A stretch of DNA of 64,000 bases from Candidatus Woesearchaeota archaeon (GCA_964358765.1 CAYHPN010000001.1:91182-155181), one strand, 5' to 3'. Shown: positions 27,951 through 37,082, numbered from the stretch's first letter. Notes: generated by a model not told the origin, from the letters alone. Program-made: numbers and translations.

Positions 27951-29555
27951 ATGGTAAAGACAAATGAACTAGCCCATCTTCCTACTGAATCTGGATGCTA
28001 TTTATTTAGAGATGAGAATGGAGAAGTGCTCTATGTTGGAAAGGCAAAGAATCTTAAGAAGAGAATATGCAATTACTTTCAGAAAAAGGAACTGGATAAA
28101 GAGAATTCTGATAGTTATTCTATAAATAGCCAGAATTCTCTAATGGACAATTCTGAAAAACAAATACTGTCTAACAGAATTATCCATAGCAAGACAGTAC
28201 TTTTAGTTACACAAATAAAAGATATTGATTTTATTGTAACTAAAAATGAACTGGAAGCACTTTTATTAGAAAATAATCTAATAAAAAAACATTATCCAAA
28301 ATATAATATTGATCTGAAGGATTCAAGAAGATATGCTTATATTTTAATCCATGAGGGTGATGTTCAATGGTTAGAAGTTGTAAGAAAAAGAGAGGTCAGA
28401 GGAGAGTATTATGGGCCGTTTGTTTCTGGGCAATATAGGAAAATAATTTTAGAAGTCTTAGAAAGAAATTTTAGAGTATTAACTAGGAGGCCTTCTCCAA
28501 GATTAAGTAAAGCGATAGAAAAAGAAGGATATTATGAAAGAGTTAGACAAGCAAGACAGATATTAAAGGGAAATGTTGATGAACTGATCGATGAGCTCAA
28601 AGAAAAAATGAAAGAATCTTCATCTAAAACATATTATGAATATGCTTTAACATTGAAAAATCAGATTGAAGCCCTTGAAAGCTTGAAAGAAAAACAGGTA
28701 ATGGAATTAACAAGATCTGTAGATGCACACATAATAAACTATAGAGTTATGGGTGATGAAGTATATTTACTTTTATTTTTTATTCGAAAAGGAGTATTAG
28801 AAGAAAAACAGGCATATAATTTTACATATTATGATGACTTCTTGAACGATTTTTTAATTCAGTATTATGATAGTGCACCTATTCCCAAAGAAATTATAGT
28901 TCCTCACGAAGTTGATGAAGCACTAGTAGATTATCTCTCTACCAAAGAAAACAGAAATGTTTCTATAATAGTACCTAAACAGGGCGATAAGAAAGATTTA
29001 CTAGACTTGGTTGGGCATAATATAACTCAGACATTTTTAGCAGGAAGTGAAAATATGACTGCATTAAAAGAGATATTGAAAATGGAAAAACTTCCTAAAG
29101 TAATCGAATGTTTTGATATTTCACATTTATCTGGAACAAATACTGTTGCATCAATGGTTACTTTTAAGGATGGTTTTGCGGATAAAGAGCATTATAGGAA
29201 ATTTAAAATTCGTCTTGCTAATGAGAATGATGATTATTATGCTATCGAGCAAGTAGTGAGAAGAAGATATTCTGGAAGTTTGACAAAAACATTGAGGAGT
29301 CCCGATTTGATTGTTATAGATGGAGGTTTAGGGCAACTCGGAGTCGCACTCAAAGTATTAAAAGAACTAAATATTAAAATTCCAATTATTTCAATAGCGA
29401 AGAAATTTGAGGAAATTTATATTTCTGGAAAGAATCAACCCTTGAGAATTGATAAGAAGAATAAGGGTTTGCAGTTGTTACAATCTATTAGAGATGAAGC
29501 GCATAGATTTGCATTGACTTATCAGAGATTATTGAGGACAAGAGAACTAAGATAA
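27951..29555 (+). CDS. uvrC: excinuclease ABC subunit C
   Basis: GIY-YIG N-terminus (GCYLFRDENGEVLYVGKAKNLKKRICNYF), a UVR-like region and a C-terminal endonuclease domain (DGGLGQL...EAHRFA). Confidence 0.9.
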   Translation: MVKTNELAHLPTESGCYLFRDENGEVLYVGKAKNLKKRICNYFQKKELDKENSDSYSINSQNSLMDNSEKQILSNRIIHSKTVLLVTQIKDIDFIVTKNELEALLLENNLIKKHYPKYNIDLKDSRRYAYILIHEGDVQWLEVVRKREVRGEYYGPFVSGQYRKIILEVLERNFRVLTRRPSPRLSKAIEKEGYYERVRQARQILKGNVDELIDELKEKMKESSSKTYYEYALTLKNQIEALESLKEKQVMELTRSVDAHIINYRVMGDEVYLLLFFIRKGVLEEKQAYNFTYYDDFLNDFLIQYYDSAPIPKEIIVPHEVDEALVDYLSTKENRNVSIIVPKQGDKKDLLDLVGHNITQTFLAGSENMTALKEILKMEKLPKVIECFDISHLSGTNTVASMVTFKDGFADKEHYRKFKIRLANENDDYYAIEQVVRRRYSGSLTKTLRSPDLIVIDGGLGQLGVALKVLKELNIKIPIISIAKKFEEIYISGKNQPLRIDKKNKGLQLLQSIRDEAHRFALTYQRLLRTRELR

Positions 29556-29611
29556 AGTAAATTTTTAACGAAAGATTTATAAAAAACATTATAGATTAAA
29601 CAATTAGTAAA

Positions 29612-30034
29612 ATGAATGCACAAAAAATTAAAAAGATCATTAATGTTGTTCTCAAGGTAGTTTTATGCCTATTGATTGTTACACCTATACTTGGAGCATT
29701 TGGAATTTTCCCACAACCAACTCGCGACCTTTACAATACCGACATTGCTTTTGAATTTATCAACATCCTTATGCAGATAAAATATATAAATTATATTATA
29801 TCCATTGTATTTTTGCTAGCTATCTTATTGATTATCACTAAGCGAACAGCCCTTGCAATTTTACTGATTTTACCCATTTCGGTCAATATTATTGCTTTTC
29901 ATGCATTTTTAGATGGAGGTTTATTTACCCCCGGAGCAATAATGGGCAATATACTATTTTTAATAAATATTTATTTTCTATGGCAAAACAGAGAACTATA
30001 TTCCATTTTATTTAAAACTAGTAAGAATAAATAA
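29612..30034 (+). CDS. four-TM membrane protein, function unknown
   Basis: 140 aa, hydrophobic throughout. Confidence 0.5.
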   Translation: MNAQKIKKIINVVLKVVLCLLIVTPILGAFGIFPQPTRDLYNTDIAFEFINILMQIKYINYIISIVFLLAILLIITKRTALAILLILPISVNIIAFHAFLDGGLFTPGAIMGNILFLINIYFLWQNRELYSILFKTSKNK

Positions 30035-30047
30035 TTTTATAATCTAA

Positions 30048-30833
30048 TTAATATGTATCATTATTACCTTTCTGGTATAGTTGAGAAAGCAAGCCACTAG
30101 CTCCCAGACGTATTTTCAAAGGATCTAATTCTATTTCACCCTGGTAATTATTTGCTGCACTTAGAAACTCTTGATAGTTATCTAAGTTTACTCCGCCTGA
30201 AATATTAATTCCTCTGTGGAAGTTTTTTTTCACGAAGTGAACTAAATTAGGAGTTGGATTTTTGGCATATCCTGTGGAAGTTTTAAGAAAATCAATCCTT
30301 AAGTTATCGGCAAAAATAAATGCAGAGATAATTTCTTTTTCATCGAGCTCACCTATTTCTAAAATTAATTTAGAGAGCATGCCTTTATTTTTAATTGAAT
30401 TATTAACAGATTCGACATAGTTTTTAATGATGGAACCATTTGGACTAAATTTGTTTCTAGGTAATACAAAATCAATTTCTCTAGCTCCACATTGATAAGC
30501 TATATCAATTTCATTTATTGTTATTTGGAGTTGAGAAGAATTACGCGAAAAGATATCTGGATAGGGAAAGCCAACAGCTGCTGCAATTTTAATATCATCC
30601 CTATGATTATTATCGAGTGCTTCTTTCATCTTGCTAACATCAAAATGTCTTACACATGCCGCGTAGGGATTAAAAATAACTACCTGACTAAGAAATTCTT
30701 TAAATGCCTTTTCTCTAGCGGCTACTGCTCCCAGAGGATCTTTGATAAATGCATCTTCTGTTTTAAGAAAAATATAATCTGTAATTGAAGCAACCTGTTC
30801 TGCCTTTAAATATTTAATAGTATATTTTTCCAT
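30048..30833 (-). CDS. deoC: deoxyribose-phosphate aldolase-like (DeoC family)
   Basis: Class I aldolase Schiff-base region DFLKTSTGYA, plus a TIM-barrel-like length. Confidence 0.65.
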   Translation of the reverse strand: MEKYTIKYLKAEQVASITDYIFLKTEDAFIKDPLGAVAAREKAFKEFLSQVVIFNPYAACVRHFDVSKMKEALDNNHRDDIKIAAAVGFPYPDIFSRNSSQLQITINEIDIAYQCGAREIDFVLPRNKFSPNGSIIKNYVESVNNSIKNKGMLSKLILEIGELDEKEIISAFIFADNLRIDFLKTSTGYAKNPTPNLVHFVKKNFHRGINISGGVNLDNYQEFLSAANNYQGEIELDPLKIRLGASGLLSQLYQKGNNDTY

Positions 30834-30895
30834 TAAGTGAATGATAATAATTGTTATTTAAGGATTATCATGAGCGACTAAGGCGTGTTGATTTG

Positions 30896-31153
30896 TTACA
30901 TTAATAGCTTTAATGAAGATATTATATATTTTTTATCTTTGAAATAATTTTCAACTAATCTTTCTTTTCCATCTTTCATTAACTTATTATAATATTGGAG
31001 ATAACTGCTTTTTATTCTTTCAAGTTTCATTTTTATGTATTCCCCCGGGCATTTATCTGAACAAAATAAAAAAACTTTCTCATCTCTGAATTGAGTAGAC
31101 ATCCAAATTCCTGAATCAATATTATTTCTACAAGTTTTATAAGTTTCTGTCAT
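30896..31153 (-). CDS. small Cys-containing protein (TRASH/zinc-binding-like, tentative)
   Basis: 85 aa; ...VFLFCSDKCPGEY... resembles the FCSxxC TRASH motif. Starts 1 nt after the upstream stop. Confidence 0.35.
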   Translation of the reverse strand: MTETYKTCRNNIDSGIWMSTQFRDEKVFLFCSDKCPGEYIKMKLERIKSSYLQYYNKLMKDGKERLVENYFKDKKYIISSLKLLM

Positions 31154-31154
31154 T

Positions 31155-31817
31155 TTATTTCTTCTTTTTACCTTTCGCTTTAACTTGTTTATTTAATAAT
31201 TTCCAGAGTTTATCTAAAATATCTTTAGGAACAATAATTACTTTTTGATTACTTAACTTTTCAAGTTTTTCTCCTAGATTCAAAATTGCAGACTCGTTTC
31301 CTAGTTTTACTTGCTCATTTGATTCTTCTATTAGAAGTTTCCAGTTAATTTTAGTTTTGTTTATAATTGAAACTATATCATCAAGATCTTTATCTCTGGA
31401 TGTTACGCTCTTCATAATTATAATATCAATCGGATCTGCTGCCTTTATGAAGAGTTTATCTGCAAATTCATGAATTTGAGTTGCCCTTTTTTGCATTCCT
31501 TCTGAAAAATTTGAGGAAATTATCTTTAATAAAAATAGATCAATCCTCACATCTGAGAGTGCGACCATTTGAGGAATATTATCTTTATTTCCGTAAATAA
31601 TTTCTGCTTTAGTTCCTTTAAAACCTAAAGAAAGTGCAGTTTCTCTAAATATTCTTCTGTCTTCTGCATTTCTAAAAACAATATCTACATCAAGAGTGCT
31701 GTCTTTTAAACCATGAAAAATCATTCCTGTTCCACCTATGGCATATGCTTCTATATTTCGTGGCAAATTCTCCGCTATATTTATTAACAATTTTTGCTGT
31801 TGTTGAATATTTATCAT
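31155..31817 (-). CDS. nucleotidyltransferase-fold protein (AbiEii/DUF1814-like, tentative)
   Basis: AIGGTGMIFHGLKDSTLDVDIVF shows the GG...G...S/T.D.D NTase motif. 1-nt overlap with the upstream wHTH gene. Confidence 0.55.
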   Translation of the reverse strand: MINIQQQQKLLINIAENLPRNIEAYAIGGTGMIFHGLKDSTLDVDIVFRNAEDRRIFRETALSLGFKGTKAEIIYGNKDNIPQMVALSDVRIDLFLLKIISSNFSEGMQKRATQIHEFADKLFIKAADPIDIIIMKSVTSRDKDLDDIVSIINKTKINWKLLIEESNEQVKLGNESAILNLGEKLEKLSNQKVIIVPKDILDKLWKLLNKQVKAKGKKKK

Positions 31818-32464
31818 TAGCTAACCTCCACTTTATAATCTGTTAAATCTGATGCATTAAGCGGGATATAGACTTTCCATTTCTTTTCAATATTTTTAAA
31901 ATCTGATGAATCCAGACCTTGAATAATAAATTTATATTTGTCTTTCTTTTTGGGAGTAGCAAGTGTTTTGAATCTTTTTGGCATCCTAGTTATTTTTGGG
32001 ATAATTAATCTTGAAATATCATATAGTGCAACAACTTCCCTAACTAAATCATTATCTTTGGCTCTTTTGTACAGTTCACTCCAATTTTTAATCTTTTTAA
32101 ATAAAGATAAAGTAGCGATAATATATCTGACACTTTTGCGTTTAATGGCATAAATAAGGGTTTCCTCAATACTTGGTTCTCTGCCGTAAATTTTATGAAC
32201 ATCGACTGCAAGCAACTTGATAGGAGAATTTTTGTTAATAATATCTATATAGCTTGTTCCACCAAGAGCATTCTGAGGAGATATATGATACACTCTTGTC
32301 TTGTCTGAACGATATTCGGTCAGAACAAATCCTTTCATCCTTAATTTATAGATAATATAAATTGCTTTAGCTCTGCCTACATTTAATGAGTTTTCGATCA
32401 TTTGGATTGTATTGAGCCCGTTTAACTCTTCTGCCAACTCTAAGTCATTCATTTTGGTTTTCAT
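31817..32464 (-). CDS. winged-helix DNA-binding protein (AbiEi-like partner, tentative)
   Basis: N-terminal wHTH-like segment (IENSLNVGRAKAIYIIYKLRMKGFVLTEY). First gene of a three-gene minus-strand operon. Confidence 0.45.
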   Translation of the reverse strand: MKTKMNDLELAEELNGLNTIQMIENSLNVGRAKAIYIIYKLRMKGFVLTEYRSDKTRVYHISPQNALGGTSYIDIINKNSPIKLLAVDVHKIYGREPSIEETLIYAIKRKSVRYIIATLSLFKKIKNWSELYKRAKDNDLVREVVALYDISRLIIPKITRMPKRFKTLATPKKKDKYKFIIQGLDSSDFKNIEKKWKVYIPLNASDLTDYKVEVS

Positions 32465-32466
32465 CT

Positions 32467-32544
32467 TTAAATGTATGGGCTTTAATATATAAACCTTTCT
32501 ATAATTTTAGATTATTATTAAATGTATGGGCTTTAATATATAAA
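32467..32544 (-). promoter_or_regulatory. tandemly duplicated promoter: two identical 27-nt copies 51 bp apart
   Basis: TTAAATGTATGGGCTTTAATATATAAA occurs at 32467-32493 and 32518-32544. On the minus strand each copy carries TTTATATA. The proximal box ends 22 nt before the ATG at 32464. Confidence 0.7.
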
Positions 32545-32597
32545 GGAAGTCAAGAAAATTGACAAAATAATGTTCCTTATCTTAATGGAATTGTATT

Positions 32598-32635
32598 AAC
32601 GCCCCCACGATTACTTAATCCTAAGGATTAACTCC
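32598..32635. repeat. GC-rich module set (left copy): AACGCCCCCACGA, TTAATCCTAAGGAT, TAACTCC
   Basis: The same three short modules recur at 33517-33557 in the same orientation but in permuted order. TTAATCC-TAA-GGATTAA can form a 7-bp hairpin. Confidence 0.6.
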
Positions 32636-32655
32636 CTAACAATTTGCTCTGTGAA

Positions 32656-33384
32656 CTAAAAAATAGGCTTAGCGATAATCATACAAACAGTTCCTTCGTT
32701 TGAACTATGGGATTCTTTCATTGTTATTAACTTAAAATTTGCCTTATTAATGTTTGATTTTATTTTTGCGATAGGGTCATTAAAAACCTTATCAACAGTG
32801 TATAAGAAAACTGATTCTTCTTCTTTTTTAATAATTCTATAAGCTTCTTTTAATATTTTAATCCATTTTTTATCTTTAGATAAACCCGTTCTTCTAGCCA
32901 TGACAATATTTTGAGAATTTGATTTTATAGGCGTTTTAGTAACGGAAGAAGTTATAATTTTTATATTGTTTTGATCCAACTTTTTAGCAAATTTTCTTGC
33001 TATTTTGTTCATTCCATCTGAGATATCAACACAAGAAATGATTCCTAATGGAACAATTTCCTTTGCTAGAAATAATTCATAGACCGCCAATCCAGAGGCA
33101 AAACTAGTTATGTGTGAATTTGGCTTTACATTTGTATATTTAGAAAAAAGTATCACTTCCGGAGATAAATCTTCATTAGCCACAACATTGCTCCAGACTT
33201 TAGATAATTCATTATCATAAATTTTCTTCATAACACCTTCTTCTTTATTGGGTTTATTATAGATTTTGCCATAAGACACTTTTATCTTTCTCTCAATTTC
33301 AATCATTTCTTTTTTTATTGGTTTTCTACCGACTGTTTTTAGTAGGTGATTTTTGAATTTTAATTTTAAAAGTCTCTTGTTCAT
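32656..33384 (-). CDS. putative class I SAM-dependent methyltransferase (tentative)
   Basis: Rossmann-like segment ITSFASGLAVYELFLAKEIVPLGIISCVDISDGM. TATA TTTTATAAAC lies 21 nt upstream of the ATG. Confidence 0.45.
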   Translation of the reverse strand: MNKRLLKLKFKNHLLKTVGRKPIKKEMIEIERKIKVSYGKIYNKPNKEEGVMKKIYDNELSKVWSNVVANEDLSPEVILFSKYTNVKPNSHITSFASGLAVYELFLAKEIVPLGIISCVDISDGMNKIARKFAKKLDQNNIKIITSSVTKTPIKSNSQNIVMARRTGLSKDKKWIKILKEAYRIIKKEEESVFLYTVDKVFNDPIAKIKSNINKANFKLITMKESHSSNEGTVCMIIAKPIF

Positions 33385-33516
33385 AATATTTAAACAAATT
33401 GTAAGTTTATAAAATTAGGGTTCAACTCCTCTCCAGAGCGTCTAACTTTTTGGTTCAAAGAAGTGATGGGGCAGTGAGCTATAAACCTCGCCAGTTATTC
33501 GGTTTATGTAGCTAAG

Positions 33517-33557
33517 TTAATCCTAAGGATAAACGCCCCCACGAGGCATCTAACTCC
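33517..33557. repeat. GC-rich module set (right copy): TTAATCCTAAGGAT, AACGCCCCCACGA, TAACTCC
   Basis: Direct-orientation copy of the modules at 32598-32635, with the first two swapped. Embedded in a locally GC-rich intergenic island (33420-33560). Confidence 0.6.
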
Positions 33558-33602
33558 AAACTTTTAAATATCTGGCTGTAAGAATTAATTTATGGCTCTG
33601 GG

Positions 33603-34283
33603 CTAGCTTATTTTCTTGGGGAAAAGCGCCACGCCATAGCCAGAATGAAAAGTCTCTATTGTATAACAGTCAGAAAAGCCAAAAGAGAATTTCTCAATGT
33701 CTGGCATGCGTCTATCTGACCTATTTTCATTGAGGAAATCCACAATTGAAAGTGGATCTGCTACGAATATTCTAAGATCTGGAGAGAGCCTATAATTAGA
33801 TTCTACCATTTCCTCTTTAATTAAATTTAAATTTCTTACTTCCAATTTTCTTTCCGGATAGTATCTTTTGTCATTGTAAACTGGATTTCTTAAATTCCAA
33901 AATAGAATATTAACGGTGTTCTCACAATGTTGATTTACTTCTTCTCTAAAACTCCTTCTGCCATTTAAATTCCGCGTACAATCTTCTAATAAAGATTCGA
34001 TATCTCTCTGAGGATCTATAGCATGCAGATAAGAGATGGTTACTGGACAAGTTTCAGGGGTTCTTTCTTCCAAGTATTGAATTGCGTTTCTCAGTTTAGA
34101 TGCTTCAATACTTTGACCTTTGTACTTTGATAGAGCACGCTTTCCAAAAATAGCAGCAGAATCTCTACAATCTTCCATCTCTCTGAGAAATTCAGGGCTT
34201 GAATGACTAACAAAACAGTAATTTACTCCTTCTGTCTTCTTCTCTATTACTTTGATTTGTTCTGTTTGAATTTTGTTTTCCAT
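33603..34283 (-). CDS. hypothetical protein
   Basis: 226-aa ORF with several Cys. No motif recognised. Confidence 0.45.
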   Translation of the reverse strand: MENKIQTEQIKVIEKKTEGVNYCFVSHSSPEFLREMEDCRDSAAIFGKRALSKYKGQSIEASKLRNAIQYLEERTPETCPVTISYLHAIDPQRDIESLLEDCTRNLNGRRSFREEVNQHCENTVNILFWNLRNPVYNDKRYYPERKLEVRNLNLIKEEMVESNYRLSPDLRIFVADPLSIVDFLNENRSDRRMPDIEKFSFGFSDCYTIETFHSGYGVALFPKKIS

Positions 34284-34317
34284 GTAAAACCTGAAAAAAG
34301 AAAGGTTTTAAATATTA

Positions 34318-34339
34318 GCTGCTATAGATGTCTAGCAGC
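34318..34339 (+). promoter_or_regulatory. palindromic operator candidate at the TrmB-family gene start
   Basis: GCTGCTA (34318-34324) and TAGCAGC (34333-34339) form a 7-bp inverted repeat downstream of TATA TTTTAAATA (34306-34314), spanning the first ATG. Confidence 0.45.
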
Positions 34340-35101
34340 ATGAATACAGAATTAGAAGAAAGTTTGGGGAAAATTGGACTTACAAAACAAGAAGCAAGAA
34401 CTTATTTGACACTTCTTGAATTAAAAGAGTCTCAGACAGGAAAGATTTGCGAAAATGCTCATATTGAACGGTCGAATATCTATAAAGTATTGTCTTCCTT
34501 GATGAATAAAGGACTAGTCAATTACCGAATACAGAATAATGTTAAAGTATTTTCTGCCTCACCTCCTGAATCTCTTAGTGAATTGTTCAAAGAAAAACAA
34601 AAAAGACTTGAAGAAGAAAGGAAACAAGTAGAAAGGATTGTATCAAATCTTAAAACAAAGGAGCCTGGAAAAGACTCTATTTCTAATTATAAGTATTATG
34701 AAGGAATACCTGCGATTAAATCAATGTGGCATGAGATAAATAAAACTCTTTCCAATAAAACTGAAGAAAAGATTTACGGGGTGAGAAAGGGAAGTTATGA
34801 AAACCTTTTAGGATTCTATGATGAACACCATAAAATAAGACTCTCAAAGAAAGCGAAGGCAAAAATATTACTTGCCGATGAAGATACAAAAAGAGCAGAA
34901 CAGAGAAGAAATAGCTTGACGCAGGTAAGATTTTCAGAACTGAAAAATGATGCTGAATGGGGAGTTGTTAATGATTATGTATATTTACAACATATAACGA
35001 CAAAGACACCTAGGGCATTTCTAATAAAAGACCCCATTTTTGCAAGAACATTTGAACAAGTATTTGATCAGGCATGGAACAACGCTCAAACACATTTATA
35101 A
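34328..35101 (+). CDS. TrmB-family transcriptional regulator
   Basis: N-terminal wHTH LGKIGLTKQEARTYLTLLELKESQTGKICENAHIERSNIYKVLSSLMNKGLV. ATG 34340 is an alternative start given the TATA spacing. Confidence 0.75.
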   Translation: MSSSMNTELEESLGKIGLTKQEARTYLTLLELKESQTGKICENAHIERSNIYKVLSSLMNKGLVNYRIQNNVKVFSASPPESLSELFKEKQKRLEEERKQVERIVSNLKTKEPGKDSISNYKYYEGIPAIKSMWHEINKTLSNKTEEKIYGVRKGSYENLLGFYDEHHKIRLSKKAKAKILLADEDTKRAEQRRNSLTQVRFSELKNDAEWGVVNDYVYLQHITTKTPRAFLIKDPIFARTFEQVFDQAWNNAQTHL

Positions 35102-35123
35102 ATAAAAGGGCTGAAAGAAGTTT

Positions 35124-37082
35124 ATGGGAGTATTCAAGATTGTTGCGCCATTCAAACCTGCGGGAAGTCAGCCTCTTGCTATTAAGGAACTAAGTGAAGG
35201 AATACAAAAGGGAATAAAGATGCAGACATTGCTGGGAGTTACGGGAAGCGGGAAGACATTTTCTGTCGCGCATGTGATTGAAAATGTGCAGAAGCCGACT
35301 CTTGTGATTGCACATAATAAGACGCTGGCTGCGCAACTGTATAGAGAGTTTAAAGAGTTTTTTCCTGAGAATAGAGTTGAATATTTTATTTCATTTTATG
35401 ATTATTATCAGCCAGAGAGTTATATGCCTGCTAAAGATCAGTATATTGAGAAAGACTCGCAGATTAATCCGCTTATTGAGAGAATGAGACTGAGTGCTTC
35501 TGCATCGCTGATGAGCAGAAAAGATGTGATTGTTGTTGCTTCTGTGAGTTGTATTTATGGAATCGGCAACCCAAAAAACTTTCTTGGAATGGGAGTTGAT
35601 TTTTCTAAGAAAGCGAAAGTGAGCAGGTCGGAAATTATGTCGAAGTTAATTGATATTCAGTATGAGAGAAACGATATTGAATTATTATCTGGGAGATTTA
35701 GAGTAAAAGGAGAGGTGATCGATATTGTTCCTGGATATGAAAAAGATATCTTGCGAATTGAACTAGATGGAGAGAGTGTTGAGCGAGTAAGTATTATTGA
35801 TAAGATAACTGGGAAAGTATTGCAACTCTTAGATCATTATTTTCTTTTTCCTGCAAGGCATTTTGTAACGGACGAAGAAAGTATGAAAACTGCACTGAAA
35901 AAGATTGAAGATGAACTTGCGGTGCAGTTGCTTAAATTGGGACTCATTGAAGCGCATAGATTGAAACAAAGAACGCAATATGATCTTGAGATGTTAAGGA
36001 CGATTGGATTTTGCAAGGGGATTGAAAATTATTCCAGACATTTTGACGGAAGGGAAGAAGGAGAGAAGCCGTATTGCTTGCTAGATTATTTTGGAGAAAA
36101 TTTTTTAATTGTAATTGATGAAAGCCACCAGACCATTCCACAACTTCATGCAATGTATAATGGGGACAGGCAGAGAAAACAAACATTAATAGATTATGGA
36201 TTTAGATTGCCTAGTGCACTTGATAATAGGCCATTAAAATTTGAAGAGTTTGAAGAGTATATGAAAAAGCAGCAAGTGGTTTTTGTAAGTGCGACCCCTG
36301 CAAAATATGAAAAAGAAAATTCGCAAAAAGTTGTTGAACAACTTATTAGACCTACAAATTTAGTAGATCCTATAGTTGAAATAAGGCCTATTAAAGATCA
36401 AATGAATGATGTGATTAAGGAAATAGGTGCTGTAGTAAAAAGAGGCGATAGGGTGCTTGTGACAGCACTAACAAAAAAATTAGCGGAGGAGATTTCTGAT
36501 TTTTTTGCTTCGCAGGGAATAAAGACTAGATATTTGCATTCTGAAGTCAAGACTCTAGAGAGAACGGAGATAATAAGACAACTTCGAGTTGGGAAGTTTG
36601 ATGTGTTAGTTGGAATTAATCTACTTAGAGAGGGAATTGATATTCCTGAACTGGGACTTGTGATTATTTTAGATGCAGATAAAGAAGGATTTTTAAGAGA
36701 TCAACAGAGTTTGATACAGATTATTGGTCGCGCAGCTCGAAATGCAAATGCGAAAGTAATACTGTATGCTGATAAAAAGACGGATTCTATTATTGGAGCA
36801 TTGGCAGAGACTAAGAGAAGAAGAGAATTGCAGCTTGAGCATAATAGAAAACATGGACTTGTGCCTGTAACTATAAAGAAGACAATTGAGGAGCAATCCA
36901 TTATTATTAAAGATACTAAACATATTCCTAAGAAAGAAAAAGAGAATTTAGTAAAACAGTTAGAGAAGGAAATGCATGCAGCAGCTGAGGAACTTGATTT
37001 TGAACTTGCAATTGCACTGCGGGATCAATTGAGAGCGCTTGAGAAAGAATTAGGAATAAAGGAAGAAGTTAGTTTGAATTGA
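35124..37082 (+). CDS. uvrB: excinuclease ABC subunit B
   Basis: Helicase motifs (GVTGSGKT, DESH), a beta-hairpin region and the C-terminal UVR domain (ELDFELAIALRDQLRALE). Confidence 0.95.
   Translation: MGVFKIVAPFKPAGSQPLAIKELSEGIQKGIKMQTLLGVTGSGKTFSVAHVIENVQKPTLVIAHNKTLAAQLYREFKEFFPENRVEYFISFYDYYQPESYMPAKDQYIEKDSQINPLIERMRLSASASLMSRKDVIVVASVSCIYGIGNPKNFLGMGVDFSKKAKVSRSEIMSKLIDIQYERNDIELLSGRFRVKGEVIDIVPGYEKDILRIELDGESVERVSIIDKITGKVLQLLDHYFLFPARHFVTDEESMKTALKKIEDELAVQLLKLGLIEAHRLKQRTQYDLEMLRTIGFCKGIENYSRHFDGREEGEKPYCLLDYFGENFLIVIDESHQTIPQLHAMYNGDRQRKQTLIDYGFRLPSALDNRPLKFEEFEEYMKKQQVVFVSATPAKYEKENSQKVVEQLIRPTNLVDPIVEIRPIKDQMNDVIKEIGAVVKRGDRVLVTALTKKLAEEISDFFASQGIKTRYLHSEVKTLERTEIIRQLRVGKFDVLVGINLLREGIDIPELGLVIILDADKEGFLRDQQSLIQIIGRAARNANAKVILYADKKTDSIIGALAETKRRRELQLEHNRKHGLVPVTIKKTIEEQSIIIKDTKHIPKKEKENLVKQLEKEMHAAAEELDFELAIALRDQLRALEKELGIKEEVSLN

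Noticed and set aside
33420-33545. Possible 5S rRNA: the minus strand has ...CACTTCTTTGAACCAAAAAGTTAGACGCTC..., reminiscent of the loop C/helix III consensus ...CGAACCCGGAAGTTAAGC...
   Set aside because: I could not build helix I (the 5' and 3' ends are not complementary) or helices IV/V. The sequence after the motif is too short before the T-run and the next promoter. The plus strand gives an equally weak match. Kept only as an unassigned candidate RNA.
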